This document shows, in pieces, positions 40,754 through 51,781 of a DNA stretch of 64,000 nt; position 1 is the stretch's first letter; the number at the start of each line of letters is the position of its first letter. The translations under genes and the position numbers were made by a program. Source of the stretch: Atractiella rhizophila (taxonomy: Eukaryota); contig MU271223.1 in the NCBI GenBank assembly GCA_021432655.1, positions 1-64,000 on the forward strand, written 5' to 3'. Below the pieces are notes generated by a model that did no database searches, was not told the DNA's origin, and saw nothing but the letters and a program-made list of their open reading frames with translations.

Positions 40754-43408
40754 ATGCAGCATGTCCCTCGCAGCGTCATTCTCCAGCTCCAACAGCTTTA
40801 CGCCCTCTCCGCCTCTCTTCGCTCGGTGTCCTCGCCCAGTCCGCCTTCATACGCCTATCGCACTACTCTCACACTTATCTCGCAGTGTTTGAAGAGGATC
40901 CCGCCGTCGAGGAATGCCACGTACCAAGGAGTTCTCAGGGGACTCATACTCAGGCTGCATCAGCCAACTCCTGCGTCCGGTGTCGAAGAGGTGCAAGGGA
41001 AGGCAGAGAGAAAGGAGAGGTTGTTGGAGAAAGAAGTGCTCCAACTGGCGCGGGACGAGTATTTGCGGTCAAACTCTCGCTGCGAAGATGCGGACAGAGA
41101 CATTTTATCCTCCTTTGAATCTGCCGTCTACTCTCCTGACACCTCTCCCTCCGACCTCCCTCCACTCCTTCCGCTCGCCCACGTCCTCCTCCCATCACTC
41201 TCACGCCCTCTCCTCACACATTACCTCCACGCACTCACCTTCCACACCTCCACCGCACCAGAAAAGGTGCTACACCTCCTCCTCCGTCTCCCACGCGGTC
41301 ACCAGACCGCCTTCCTCCTCCTCCCCATCCGAGGTCGCCTCCTCGGCCTCGAAATCGTGCTCTCCCTCACCCGGACAGAGTGCGAACAGAGCGCTAAATT
41401 CGAGACGGGGACGAAGGAGAAGTTGTTCGACCTATTATCTCACGCGCTGGATTGGGAGAACGTGAAGGACGGCGAAGAGGTTATTTTATATGAAAAGAGC
41501 TTTAAGAGCAGTACCGAGCCGAAGCAGAGGGCGATAGGGTTCTTGATTGAAGTGGAGAGGGAGAGGGAGAAGGCGAGGAGGAGAAGGAGGACAGTGGATG
41601 GCATCAAGTGGATCATCAATTCGGTCTTGTTAGGAGTCATCATGCAGAGTTATCTCAAGCCCAGAGAGCTCAGGAGGGTAGCTACATCTGCCTCCAACTC
41701 GAATTCGTCCTCTTCGAATTCAGGGAAGGTCATGAACAATGCACCTGGCCAGGCGAAGGAAGAGGAACCATTGCAGCTCCGTGAGCTCGCTAAAGCGGTC
41801 AGACCAGAGTTGGAACCTCCTTCTCTCCTCCCGTCCCAAAAAGAAACCGCAATGGAGGAGAAGATGGACGGAAAGGAGAGGTCGTCGCTATGGACCTGGA
41901 TGCACATTGGTTCCCGAGTAACCAAAGAGGAGAGAAGGAGATTGAGTGAACTCCTGACAGTTGGTGTTGATCATCTCACGATGGGAGACATGGTCTTCGT
42001 CACTTCGACCTTGCTGGATTGGAAGAGACACGATCACAACAAGTTCAACCTCGACATTGGTTCATTACTCTCCAAACTCATCCGCTCCATCTCCTCTTCC
42101 TTCGCCTCCTCCCCCATCACTCGGAACGGGAACCAAAGAGACACAGAGAACGAGAACAAGGACGTAACACTCATCCTCCTCGGATCCCTCCTCTCCCTTC
42201 CTCCCTCCTCCATTCCCTCCTCCGCCCTCGCCGCTCTCTCCGACCTTCTCAACCCGTCTTCCTCCAATGAGGAAACGAGAGATGGACTCACAGGCGTCCT
42301 ATGGTCTGCTTTGCTTAGGAACCTCGCTGTGGCAGCCATCAAGAGGTCAAATTGGGGAATCGCACTCATGTGTCTCAACAATCCAACCTTGGATGCGGAG
42401 GCTAGGGCCGAGGTTTTTCTTCATCTCTGGCGGGTGCTTCCACTCTCTACGGGCGACAGCAATGCGAGCGCTGAGATGAACGGGAAAGAAATGGAGGATG
42501 GAAAAGGAGGACTGTCTAAAGAGCGACAAGCCATCCTCCATCTCCTTCCGCTCCATCCCCTCTCCGGCCCTTCCGTCCCTCCACTCCTCCACCTCCTCTG
42601 GAACGAGGGATTCGTGCTCGTCGTAGCCCGTCTCGCCCTCAAATACCCATCCGCGCTCTCCGGCGAAGGAAGGCTTGTGACCAAGTTGCTCAAACATCTG
42701 GTTCGCTCTCGTCGGCCGCGCATAGCAGAAAAGATCTTTCGATCCATTGACGAAGAGACGAGGGCGAGACAACATTTTGATGCCTTGCTCTCCACACATT
42801 GTGTTGCAGTCGCCGATCGGATTTGGGACGAGATGAGGAATTCTCCGGAGTTCAAATCGAGGTTCATGCCGACTCTCGAGTCGTTTAATGCCCGTTTCCT
42901 ACATTTGTCGAGGAAGGGAGACGTACAAGGAATATTGAAGGCTAGACGCGAGATGTGGAAGTGGGGACTAGAGCCCGACATCTCGAGTTATAACAGGTTG
43001 ATACACTGCTATTCGAAGGCGGGTCGTAGGCATCTTGTCACTCGGACCCTCAAGGAGATGCGATGGAGCGGAGTGGAGATGAATGCCACCACTGCCAATT
43101 GTCTGCTGTCGCTCAGGAGAAGAGGAAATTTTCCAACGTTGAGGCAGGTTGAGAGACATTTGGAAAAGTGGAAGGGGAAGGAGGGGATGACGGATCATGT
43201 GACGGAGAATATTTATTTGAAGGCTGTCCTTGCGAGTGGAAAGGTTCCGGGACAGGGGAAGCAGTGGATGGAGGGGGAGAGGGAGAACTTGATCGCGGCT
43301 GTAAAGTTGGAGACGAAGCATGAACTAGAGAAAAACGACAAGTGGTGGGTCGAGAGAATCGGAAAGGCGAGAATGAGCATTTTGAGGAGAGCGCAGAAAG
43401 GGGGTTAA
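40754..43408 (+). CDS. Pentatricopeptide-repeat (PPR) protein, probably mitochondrial
   Basis: 884-aa ORF; C-terminal PTLESFNA..., GLEPDISSYNRLIHCYSKAGR...LKEMRWSGVEMNATTANCLL are PPR-like repeats. Confidence 0.8.
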   Translation: MQHVPRSVILQLQQLYALSASLRSVSSPSPPSYAYRTTLTLISQCLKRIPPSRNATYQGVLRGLILRLHQPTPASGVEEVQGKAERKERLLEKEVLQLARDEYLRSNSRCEDADRDILSSFESAVYSPDTSPSDLPPLLPLAHVLLPSLSRPLLTHYLHALTFHTSTAPEKVLHLLLRLPRGHQTAFLLLPIRGRLLGLEIVLSLTRTECEQSAKFETGTKEKLFDLLSHALDWENVKDGEEVILYEKSFKSSTEPKQRAIGFLIEVEREREKARRRRRTVDGIKWIINSVLLGVIMQSYLKPRELRRVATSASNSNSSSSNSGKVMNNAPGQAKEEEPLQLRELAKAVRPELEPPSLLPSQKETAMEEKMDGKERSSLWTWMHIGSRVTKEERRRLSELLTVGVDHLTMGDMVFVTSTLLDWKRHDHNKFNLDIGSLLSKLIRSISSSFASSPITRNGNQRDTENENKDVTLILLGSLLSLPPSSIPSSALAALSDLLNPSSSNEETRDGLTGVLWSALLRNLAVAAIKRSNWGIALMCLNNPTLDAEARAEVFLHLWRVLPLSTGDSNASAEMNGKEMEDGKGGLSKERQAILHLLPLHPLSGPSVPPLLHLLWNEGFVLVVARLALKYPSALSGEGRLVTKLLKHLVRSRRPRIAEKIFRSIDEETRARQHFDALLSTHCVAVADRIWDEMRNSPEFKSRFMPTLESFNARFLHLSRKGDVQGILKARREMWKWGLEPDISSYNRLIHCYSKAGRRHLVTRTLKEMRWSGVEMNATTANCLLSLRRRGNFPTLRQVERHLEKWKGKEGMTDHVTENIYLKAVLASGKVPGQGKQWMEGERENLIAAVKLETKHELEKNDKWWVERIGKARMSILRRAQKGG

Positions 43409-43699
43409 GAGGAAATATGTTAGTATTTCCATTTTTCTTTATTGAGGATGTTGGCTAATGTGTCAGGTAGAGACTTGTAGCCTTATGACGAGATTGTTGT
43501 TGTACAACTAATTATGTGGATACGAGATGAGGATCCGGCGCTCAATTTAAGCGTGTGCAATCTTTTCCCTTTCCCTTTTGACGATCCGTTTACCATTGTT
43601 GTGCAGGGTTCCAAGGTCTGCCACCGAATGCACGTGACTTGGGTTAACGCTTCCATCGTAGAGGCTAGGAGTATGTTTCTGATCCCTTATTTCACACAC

Positions 43700-45000
43700 G
43701 TTTGATTCTGAAAACTCGCAGTAGTTGCGATGCGCGTCGTTCGATTCGTGTGGGCTGATGGTGGAGGCAATTTCTCACATTCTCAAGCATCCAATCGCCT
43801 AGATGTTAGAACGGATGTGAGTTTATGCACCACAGAGTCTGTTGCAAAGATCAAAACAGAGAGCAGGGCCTATGCATCATGCACCAATGGTATCACGGCA
43901 CTCAGACGAGATCCAATCTCGAGCTCCTGGACGAATATTTCTTCCTCAACGCTTTCAACCTCAAAAAGATGCGCGATAGTGGCGGAACAGTCTCCCCCAC
44001 TCTCAATCTCTATTTAACGTCTTGCAGATTGAGGAAGACATCATGTCCTTTTGTGAATATCAGCTATTCATTCCGAGTTCACCTGAGAAGCTTTCGCCTT
44101 CCAGAGCCTACACAATTCCTTCAAAGGATCGTTGAAACCGCGTCTGAATTGACAAGTCAGGACATGGTCCAAAACTGTCATCTGAGAATGAGTTGTGACT
44201 CGAAATGACTGTGAGAGGCGTACTTTCATAATACTTCTTTCCTTATATCTCCAGGTGCAGGGAAATGGACAATCTTGGCCTAGTCACAACCGTTAGTCCT
44301 ATTGAGTTCAGGTGTTTTTATGACACAGTACCTTGCAACCAGATTTTAGCCCTCGACTGCGTTGAAGGTAGTACCTCGTTTCCTGCTAGGTCGAGCACGG
44401 GTTTATATGTTCCACTATTGAAAGTCACCAATGTTTCAAACACGCGACCCGCACTGTAGACTCCAATCTGCATAAATTTATACCGCCTAAACACAACCGA
44501 AAGGTTTACATTTTCATGTAAGATCCATCGCTCACGGGGTGATCAACCTCCTGGAAGAAAAATAAGTCTCGCCTCTCAGTATTCATCTCGCAGGGATGTA
44601 GTTAGGGAAATGTGAGCGGAGCGTGCTAGTAGGGCAATCGGGAGAGCCAGAACTTAAATAGAGATTCAAGTAGATTGCCGCGAAGGGACGGACGGTCCAG
44701 ACCATACTCACGAAATGTGTCGTCGTCCTCGTAGAGTCCGAACCTCCATGACAAAAGTGATCAGCCTGATAAAATTGGCTCATCTGGTTCATAAACGTCT
44801 GGAAGCAATCATGTCGAGAACACAGTCACTCTGTGGACAAGCGTCGAAGGCAGCATCGCTTGGGGTTGAACGTTCCCAATGTGGCATTCATTGCCACTAG
44901 CTCATAGAAGAAATAAGATGATATGGGTCGCCAATGCAAACGTGGCAGAAGATGGACTTTGTGGCAGAGAAAGGGTGTAAATGATCCGGAGCAGGAGTGT
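43700..45000 (-). pseudogene. Intron-containing hypothetical gene, degenerate copy A
   Basis: Paralogous to 45110-46040 but has a 1-nt exonic deletion (ATAAGGAAAG vs ATAAGGGAAAG) and TAG where the paralog has CAG. Confidence 0.5.
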
Positions 45001-45109
45001 ACGAACTTGAAGTCAAAAGATCATCAGATCTGATTTGTCGCGCAGACGACCACGGCGGATGTGTCTCCTGCAGTCCCTGGGCCGTTACAGACGGAAAGAG
45101 ATATTAAAC

Positions 45110-46040
45110 CCTTCACTTTATGAGCATCAGGCATTTATTCTGTCTTCACTGGATAGGCTTTTGCCTTCCAGAGCCTGCATAACTCCTTCAAGGGATCGTT
45201 GAAACCGCGTCTGAATTGACAAGTCAGGACATGGGCCAAAACTGTCATCTGAGAGTCAGCGGTGACTCAAAATGACCGTGAAAGGCGTACTTTCGTGATA
45301 CTTCTTTCCCTTATATCTCCAGGTGCAAGGAGATGGACAATCTTGTCCTGAATCTACTGTTAGCCTTTCATCTCCGACAGCTGATGAAAGCAGAACCTTG
45401 GAGCCAAACTTTAGCCCTCCAGTGCGTTGACGGCAACAGCTCTCCTCCTTCAGAGTCGAATACGAGTTTATATGTCCCTCTGTCAAAGGTCACCAAAGCT
45501 TCCAACACGCGGCCGGCGCTGTAGGCTCCAATCAGTGTCAGTTTCTACGCGTAACAAAAAGAAGACTTACATGCGAAGAGTATACGATTCATCGCTCACC
45601 GGGTGAGCGACCTCTTCGAAGAAAAAGAAGCTTCGACTCTCAGTATTCATTTTTGAAAAGGCGCGAAGCGATGTTGCTCTGGTAGTGAGGCAGAAACGGG
45701 TAGGTCATTAGTGCAGACCTAGCAGCTAAATGAACTTAGCCAGAAAATGGACGAACGGTCGGACGAAATGGACGGAGGGATGTAAACGTCCTTCTACAGT
45801 CCGAAACTCCATCTCAGAAGTTCGTACCGTCAAGAAATGGCGAGGTGGAGCTTGACAGAACGTCCTTCTGGTGTGGAAAGGTTTGCGCTGGGGATAAGGC
45901 GAAATGTTGCGGCATGGAAGTAAAGCATCCTGTCGTCGGATACACGCCGATTTCTTTTCGCTGATAACGAAAAGACCATCCAGAATATCCAGGACCATCG
46001 ATGAAAGAGAACGGGGAGTTCCGAGTGCAGATGAGCGCGG
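45110..46040 (-). CDS. Intron-containing hypothetical gene, copy B (boundaries uncertain)
   Basis: Exons MEFRTVEGRLHP | MNTESRSFFFFEEVAHP | IGAYSAGRVLEALVTFDRGTYKLVFD...KVWLQ | QDCPSPCTWRYKGKKYHE | DSFGPCPDLSIQTRFQRSLEG, with intron positions shared with copy A. Confidence 0.45.
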
Positions 46041-46253
46041 CAACTTGCAGGTTCGTCGGAGATGGAAGGGATTTAGTGCTGTCCTTCCTTTTCAACATAG
46101 ATTGGATACCAGTGTATCAGAGGACCCACCCCACTTCCTTCCAGTGCACCTATCTCACATTCCACCCAAACATCCAGACACAAAATTGAAGTGTTCATTG
46201 TTATCACGTGCCAGACTCATCATCAACCACTGTACAAGTAAACAGCGACTACG

Positions 46254-48187
46254 ATGCATCCCACGGTCCTGTATCATTGCTCGTGTCTCTCACCCATCCC
46301 CCCGCCGTCTAAGCCTCCGCAGCTTACCGTCCAGCACCATCCTCTGAGCGCGTTGTTCTTCTGCGAAGAATGTGACGCGATACGCTGCAATCGTTGCGTT
46401 ACCTGCGAAGTCTCCTGCTACTACTGTCCCAATTGCCTCTTTGAGGTTCCCAACGCCAGCGTTCGAGGGGACAAGAACCGGTTCGCCCTTATCCCGGGTC
46501 GTTCAAATGAAACTTAGCTGACTATTATCTGTAGATGTGCGCGGAATTGCTTTCAGTGTCCTCAATGCTTGAACACTCTCAGCGTCGTGGCTAGCGATCC
46601 TGTACACGAAGCAAGGCCAGGGGGTGTTGATTTGGCGTATCTAATGTCTCCTGCTAGCTCAGTTGGAGAGTCTCCTTACTACCTCTCTTGCAATCACTGT
46701 CGATGGAACTCGAAAGAAGTTGGTATCAGCTTTGAAAAGGCTACTGGCTTATCAGGTTCATTCTATTGTCAAAATTGACTATCTCTCTTACCTTTGTTGG
46801 ATAGTTCAGCTACAAAAGTCTGAGGCGAACGCGCCCGATTTACTCGAGTTCGACCGCCTCAAAGACCACTTCGACGCCTACATTCGGTCCTCACTTTCCT
46901 CTCTGCAGGCAAGCGGACACACAAGCAATCTCACTCCGTCTACTTCCTCGAACCCTGTTGTCAGTGCGGCATCAGCGGCTTATCATAACAGCATCTTGAA
47001 AGACTCTCGATACGGGAGTTTGTTAGGTGCGGCGAGGAGGATCGGAGGAGGCACCAAGGATGAACGGAAGGAGGAAGTTGAGGGATATAAAAAGATGTTT
47101 GAACGCGAAGGAGATGAGGAGAGCGAAAAGGTGAAGTGGATCAGGGACGTAAAGGACGTGGACCTCGTCTCGAGACTACAAGGAAGATGGGGGGAGACTT
47201 GGGACCAGCCTTTGCGCACTTCGTGCGCTGTTCCCCCTCACTCCGAACCAACTGACTGATAAATGGCATAGAAATCTCCGCCCACAACGCATTCCACTCC
47301 TCTCAAAACGAATGAAACGCTGTCCAGCCTGCACACACATCCTCATCAAACCCGACCAAAAAGCCCAGTCTGTCAAATATCGCATTAAGCTTGTCGCATC
47401 CAACTATCTTCCCTCCATCTCCATTAGCCGTCGTGCTCTCCCAATAATCGGCTCACGACTCTCCTCCGCCTCTGCCGCCTCTACTATCCGACGCTCGCAA
47501 CGATCAGCAGTATCTCGAGCGGCAGGGGAGGGAGAAGGAGAGGAGCCCCTACGTCCACAGCGAAGTTATACCTTTGAACTAGCGTTCACGAATCCGCTAT
47601 ACGAGCCAATCAGCGTGCGATTGGCAATTGCCAAACCGAAAGAGGGGGAGTTTGCTGCGCTGTCCCTTCCTTGTCCAAGTTTTGGGATTGAGGCGTATGC
47701 GGAAGTGTGGGAGTATGAAGATGAGACTGTGACGCTCGGAGGTGGCGAGATGGAGGAAGAAGGCAAGAAGAAGAAGAGAGGTTTGATCGAGAAGAAAGGA
47801 AATCGAACGACTGTCGCTCTCGAGGTAACGCCAGGAAAGGAAGCATTGGGAGTTCTGAATGTATGTCTCTTGATCATTCTGTTATTTGGGGAGGCTAAGA
47901 ATCCGGTTTAGATGAACATGTTGGTTACATACGTCTACCAAGCAGACGACTCTCCTTCCGATGCAGACGACCCACCGTCAGCTCGCGCATCGAAGGACTT
48001 CAGCGTGTCTAAGGGGAAAGAGGACGATGACACAAAGTCTTTTGCATTCTGGACCATGGTCACGCTTGGCGTGGTCCAGCCACGTAATGAAGAGCGGATG
48101 CGCCGACCTCAAAGTGCTCTCTTCAACCCGAAAGAAGCCGTCCCTCAGACTCCGGTCACCCCAGCTCTCCAGGCTGTCCAGGAATGA
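46254..48187 (+). CDS. DCTN4: Dynactin p62 subunit (DCTN4)
   Basis: LFFCEECDAIRCNRCV..EVSCYYCPNCLFEVPNASVRGDKNRCARNCFQCPQC, YYLSCNHCRWNS, KRCPACTHILIKPD, FTNPLYEPI. Confidence 0.92.
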
Positions 48188-48479
48188 TGACGAGGGGAAG
48201 AAAGTTAGCCGTGCTTTCAGCTCATGCTTTGATTATATACATAAGTCGCTGATCAGGTTTTATGAGATGTCCTACCCGTAAACATTAAATAAACTTGCTC
48301 AACACAACTTAATTGAGTTTATTAGAAAGGACAGAACTCTGAGGTCCCCAATCACCTGACAATTTCTCGGAAATACGCAACTTGAAGCAAGTCGAAGCAC
48401 ATCACACCTCCCCAACTTACAATAAACCACAACACCACGACCTTCTTCTTCCTCCAACTCCTTCCCTCAGAAGCAAGCA

Positions 48480-49966
48480 ATGCGTCTCAGAAAGCTCTCT
48501 ACGTGCTGCGTGAGTGCCGACGTATATTCTGACGATGAAGCAGAGGATTTGGTTGTGAACGACCCCTTGGATGTAGCAACGTCAGAGGTGTGCTCTCCTG
48601 TTGTCCGCTTCCTTGTCAGGACCCCAAGCTAATGTAGTAGTCAATGCAGAAACGAAAAGATACGGTCAAGACAAGAAATTGGATGTCTTTATTGCCTGAC
48701 GAGCTGTCGTTGAGCGACTTATTTATACCTGGAACACATGTGCAACCTCCTCTCCTGCTTCTCATCTCTGCTTAAAGCCCTGCAAATGATACTCATTTGG
48801 CTTGTGATAGGAATCCTGCGCGCTCTTTGGTTACCCTATCTCTCAATGCCAGCAAGACCGTTCGTACCTCTGCTCCCAATATGTGCGAATTCTTAAGTTT
48901 TCTTGTATAGGCTCTCTGCGTCAACAACTTCTTGATGGCATACGATTCTATGACGTTCGCCTCGCGAATAAGAAAGGTCAATTGTTGGCGTATCACGGCC
49001 TTCAACCACAGGAGATTGGATTTGAAGCGATATTGCTACAATGTTACGAGTTCTTGAAGAAGCACGATGGGGAAACCATTATCATGTCTATTAAGCAGGT
49101 TTGTCTCTCTTTTTACTTCCCTTTTGTTTACAACAGTACTGAGCATGAATATTGAGCAGGAAGACATCTCGCCTGCGAACGAGTTCGAAGGTCTCGTATT
49201 CGACACCATCTTAGCAGACGAAAAGAAATGGTACCTAGAGCGCCGAATACCCACTCTGAAGGAGGCGCGGGGCAAAATAGTCCTCTTCTCACGGTTTGGT
49301 AACCCAGTAGGACCAAATGCGAGCAAACTTGGTATCCATCCGTCACGTTGGTAAGCATCACGTTTCTCTTGTTCTTCTGGGAGAAGTCCAAGGGACTCAT
49401 ATTGTTGCTAAGGCCAAACAACCAGCGCGGGATTTGGGAGTGGCAGAATGTTGATGGGGTCCGAGTACAGACCCAAGATTGGTACGTTCTGCTCTGCCTC
49501 CTTCACCTAGTGCCTGAGCAAGGCAATAATCTAGGTACGACATCTCTTCTTTCCTCGCAATACCGGAGAAGTTCGACCTGATCAAACGACTCATCCTCTA
49601 TCCCCCCTCTTCCCCAACGGGTCTGAACGAAAATGCGAAAGAAAAGACGTGGCACATCAACTTCTGCTCGGCTGCTACATTCCTCACCGCCGTTCCCATC
49701 GTTGTAGCTGAAGGTTTCGGGTGGAGCTGGTTCGGCTTCGAGGGGGTGAACGATAGACTTATGCGGTTCGTCCCTACTATATACTAACTAACCCCCTGTA
49801 CTGACTGGGTATTAGACTGTTGAAGCGCCTCAGGGATGGTAAAGAGGAGTTTGGGGTAGAGAACATGGTGTTTCTACTCGACTTCTATCATCATCCGTCA
49901 AACGAGCTCGTAAAGACTATCATTGACTTCAATTTTCCTGCTGAGAAGCAGGAGCACGAGAAGTGA
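48480..49966 (+). CDS. Phosphatidylinositol-specific phospholipase C (bacterial-type PI-PLC X domain)
   Basis: WMSLLPDELSLSDLFIPGTHES, QLLDGIRFYDVR...AYHG, ETIIMSIKQE, IPTLKEARGKIVLFSRF. Confidence 0.88.
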
Positions 49967-50949
49967 CGCATGCCTGGCTTCTCCTGGCGCACTCTGTCAT
50001 CAAATTCTCGCATCGGGTACCGCAAATATACGAATCCTCGCATCACACACTTTCCCTTCCTGGCCCTTTCAAATAACTTGAGGATGGGATGAGTTTTTTG
50101 AGTTCCACGTCTTTACTTCGCGCATTTAACTACTAGCATTTCTTGCATAGTCCGGTCGTACATGGTTTTATTGCTCCTGGATCCTATTAAGTTCACTACT
50201 TCTAATTATGTATGAACAGTCCGTTCAGTGAAATGAAATAATGACATTTACGAAATTGTCCTGATACAATTGAAAGCACAAAAGGAAAATATGGATGTTC
50301 TTTGCCCGAGCTCGAGCTCCAAGGGCACAAAGTACTGAAGCCAAGAGGTGCACCTTTAAAGCTCATCTGGCACGTGTCCAAAAAGGTGATAATCACCGTG
50401 GTGGTATGTTCTTCCCAGCCGATCCTTTTTCTTGATCACAGGGCTCTGAGCTGGTCGAAAAGACCACTGCGCCGAAGACACAAATTGAGAGTGAGTATTA
50501 CTACAGACATGAGAAGGAACGGATGAATGATACGAACGCTGGAATCGTAATGCGCCACTTGATGAAATCCAGGCCTGCTCAAGCGTATGCGCTCCGCATT
50601 TGACTGCACCCAATGTCAATGCTTTTGTAATCTTGATGAAAGTAAAAGACGAACTGTGGCGTATTTCTGGATGTAAGAAGGCTGGTTGATGCGGTACATG
50701 TGCCATCCAAGATAAAGGACCATCCAAACAAGGAATCCGAAGAAAAGGCGTTTGAGGATGTAATTTGGCATTGATATTGAGGAAAGTGCCATTGAGTGCC
50801 TAGCGTGGCCAAAGTGAAGTCCCAGATGAAGTGCCTCAGTTCCTGAACAAAGTGTGTTTGTTTTATGTTAGTTTGTAGTCTCACATTGAATCATACATTC
50901 ATATACCTAATTAGCAACTGACAACAAGCACTGAACTTCTGAACCTGAA

Positions 50950-51482
50950 ATGTCTTTTGGTCGTCCTGGTGGCTTTTCAAGGTACGTTGTTTATCTACAT
51001 GCGCTCAATCTTATGGCTGCGATAGTATCATCCAGCCTACTCCTCCTGGTTCGCTTTCTACAGCACACAACACTTTCTGCTCGCTCAAAACTAACCATTC
51101 ATTAGATAGAGGCTCTTTCCCGCTAGACCATGAAGGCATGCTTTCTATCTATACGCCGTTTTTCAAAGTTGACGGTGTAGTCGCAGGAGAATGCAAAGCT
51201 TTCATGACCACCTACCTTCAGTGCTTAAAGGCTCACGGAAACTCGAATACAGAATGTCGGCATCTGGCCAAAGAATACCTCAACTGTCGAATGGATAAGT
51301 ATGTCACCCTTTCTTATATTCATGCAGAACCTGAAAGCTTTTGTAGGGGGTTGATGGTACGAGATGACTGGCAGAATCTCGGTCTGCAGAACACGACTAA
51401 ACCAGACAACTCACCTCCCCACTCGAGTCCTTCGAATTCTTCTGGATCGACAACAGGAGGGAGAGGTGGAACGGGAGGATGA
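50950..51482 (+). CDS. COX19: Cytochrome c oxidase assembly protein Cox19 (twin CX9C)
   Basis: MSFGRPG...[26 protein letters not shown]...[27 protein letters not shown]. Confidence 0.93.
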
Positions 51483-51781
51483 TACAAGGAATAAACAATT
51501 GCTGTTATTGCACGTACGGGCATGCGACATGAAATCGATGGAGAGATGAGTGCTACAATATTTTATACCATACCAATCCAATCCAAAATCCAACTGCCAA
51601 ACGTCAACTTGACACTTCCAACCGACATTCGACAATTTCCACCTTTACGAACGGATACGACTTCCACGAAACCAACTCGACTGAAAGCTAAACAAGAAAT
51701 CAATCGATCAAAAGCGAGTTCGAACCCACTTTCGTTTTTTTGAGGGTACGAATTCTTCCTTGGAGCTGCAGGTCACACTCG

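Noticed and set aside
50200..50890. Possible transposon relic between PI-PLC and COX19
   Set aside because: Only short ORFs with no transposase or reverse transcriptase motif; cannot be supported.
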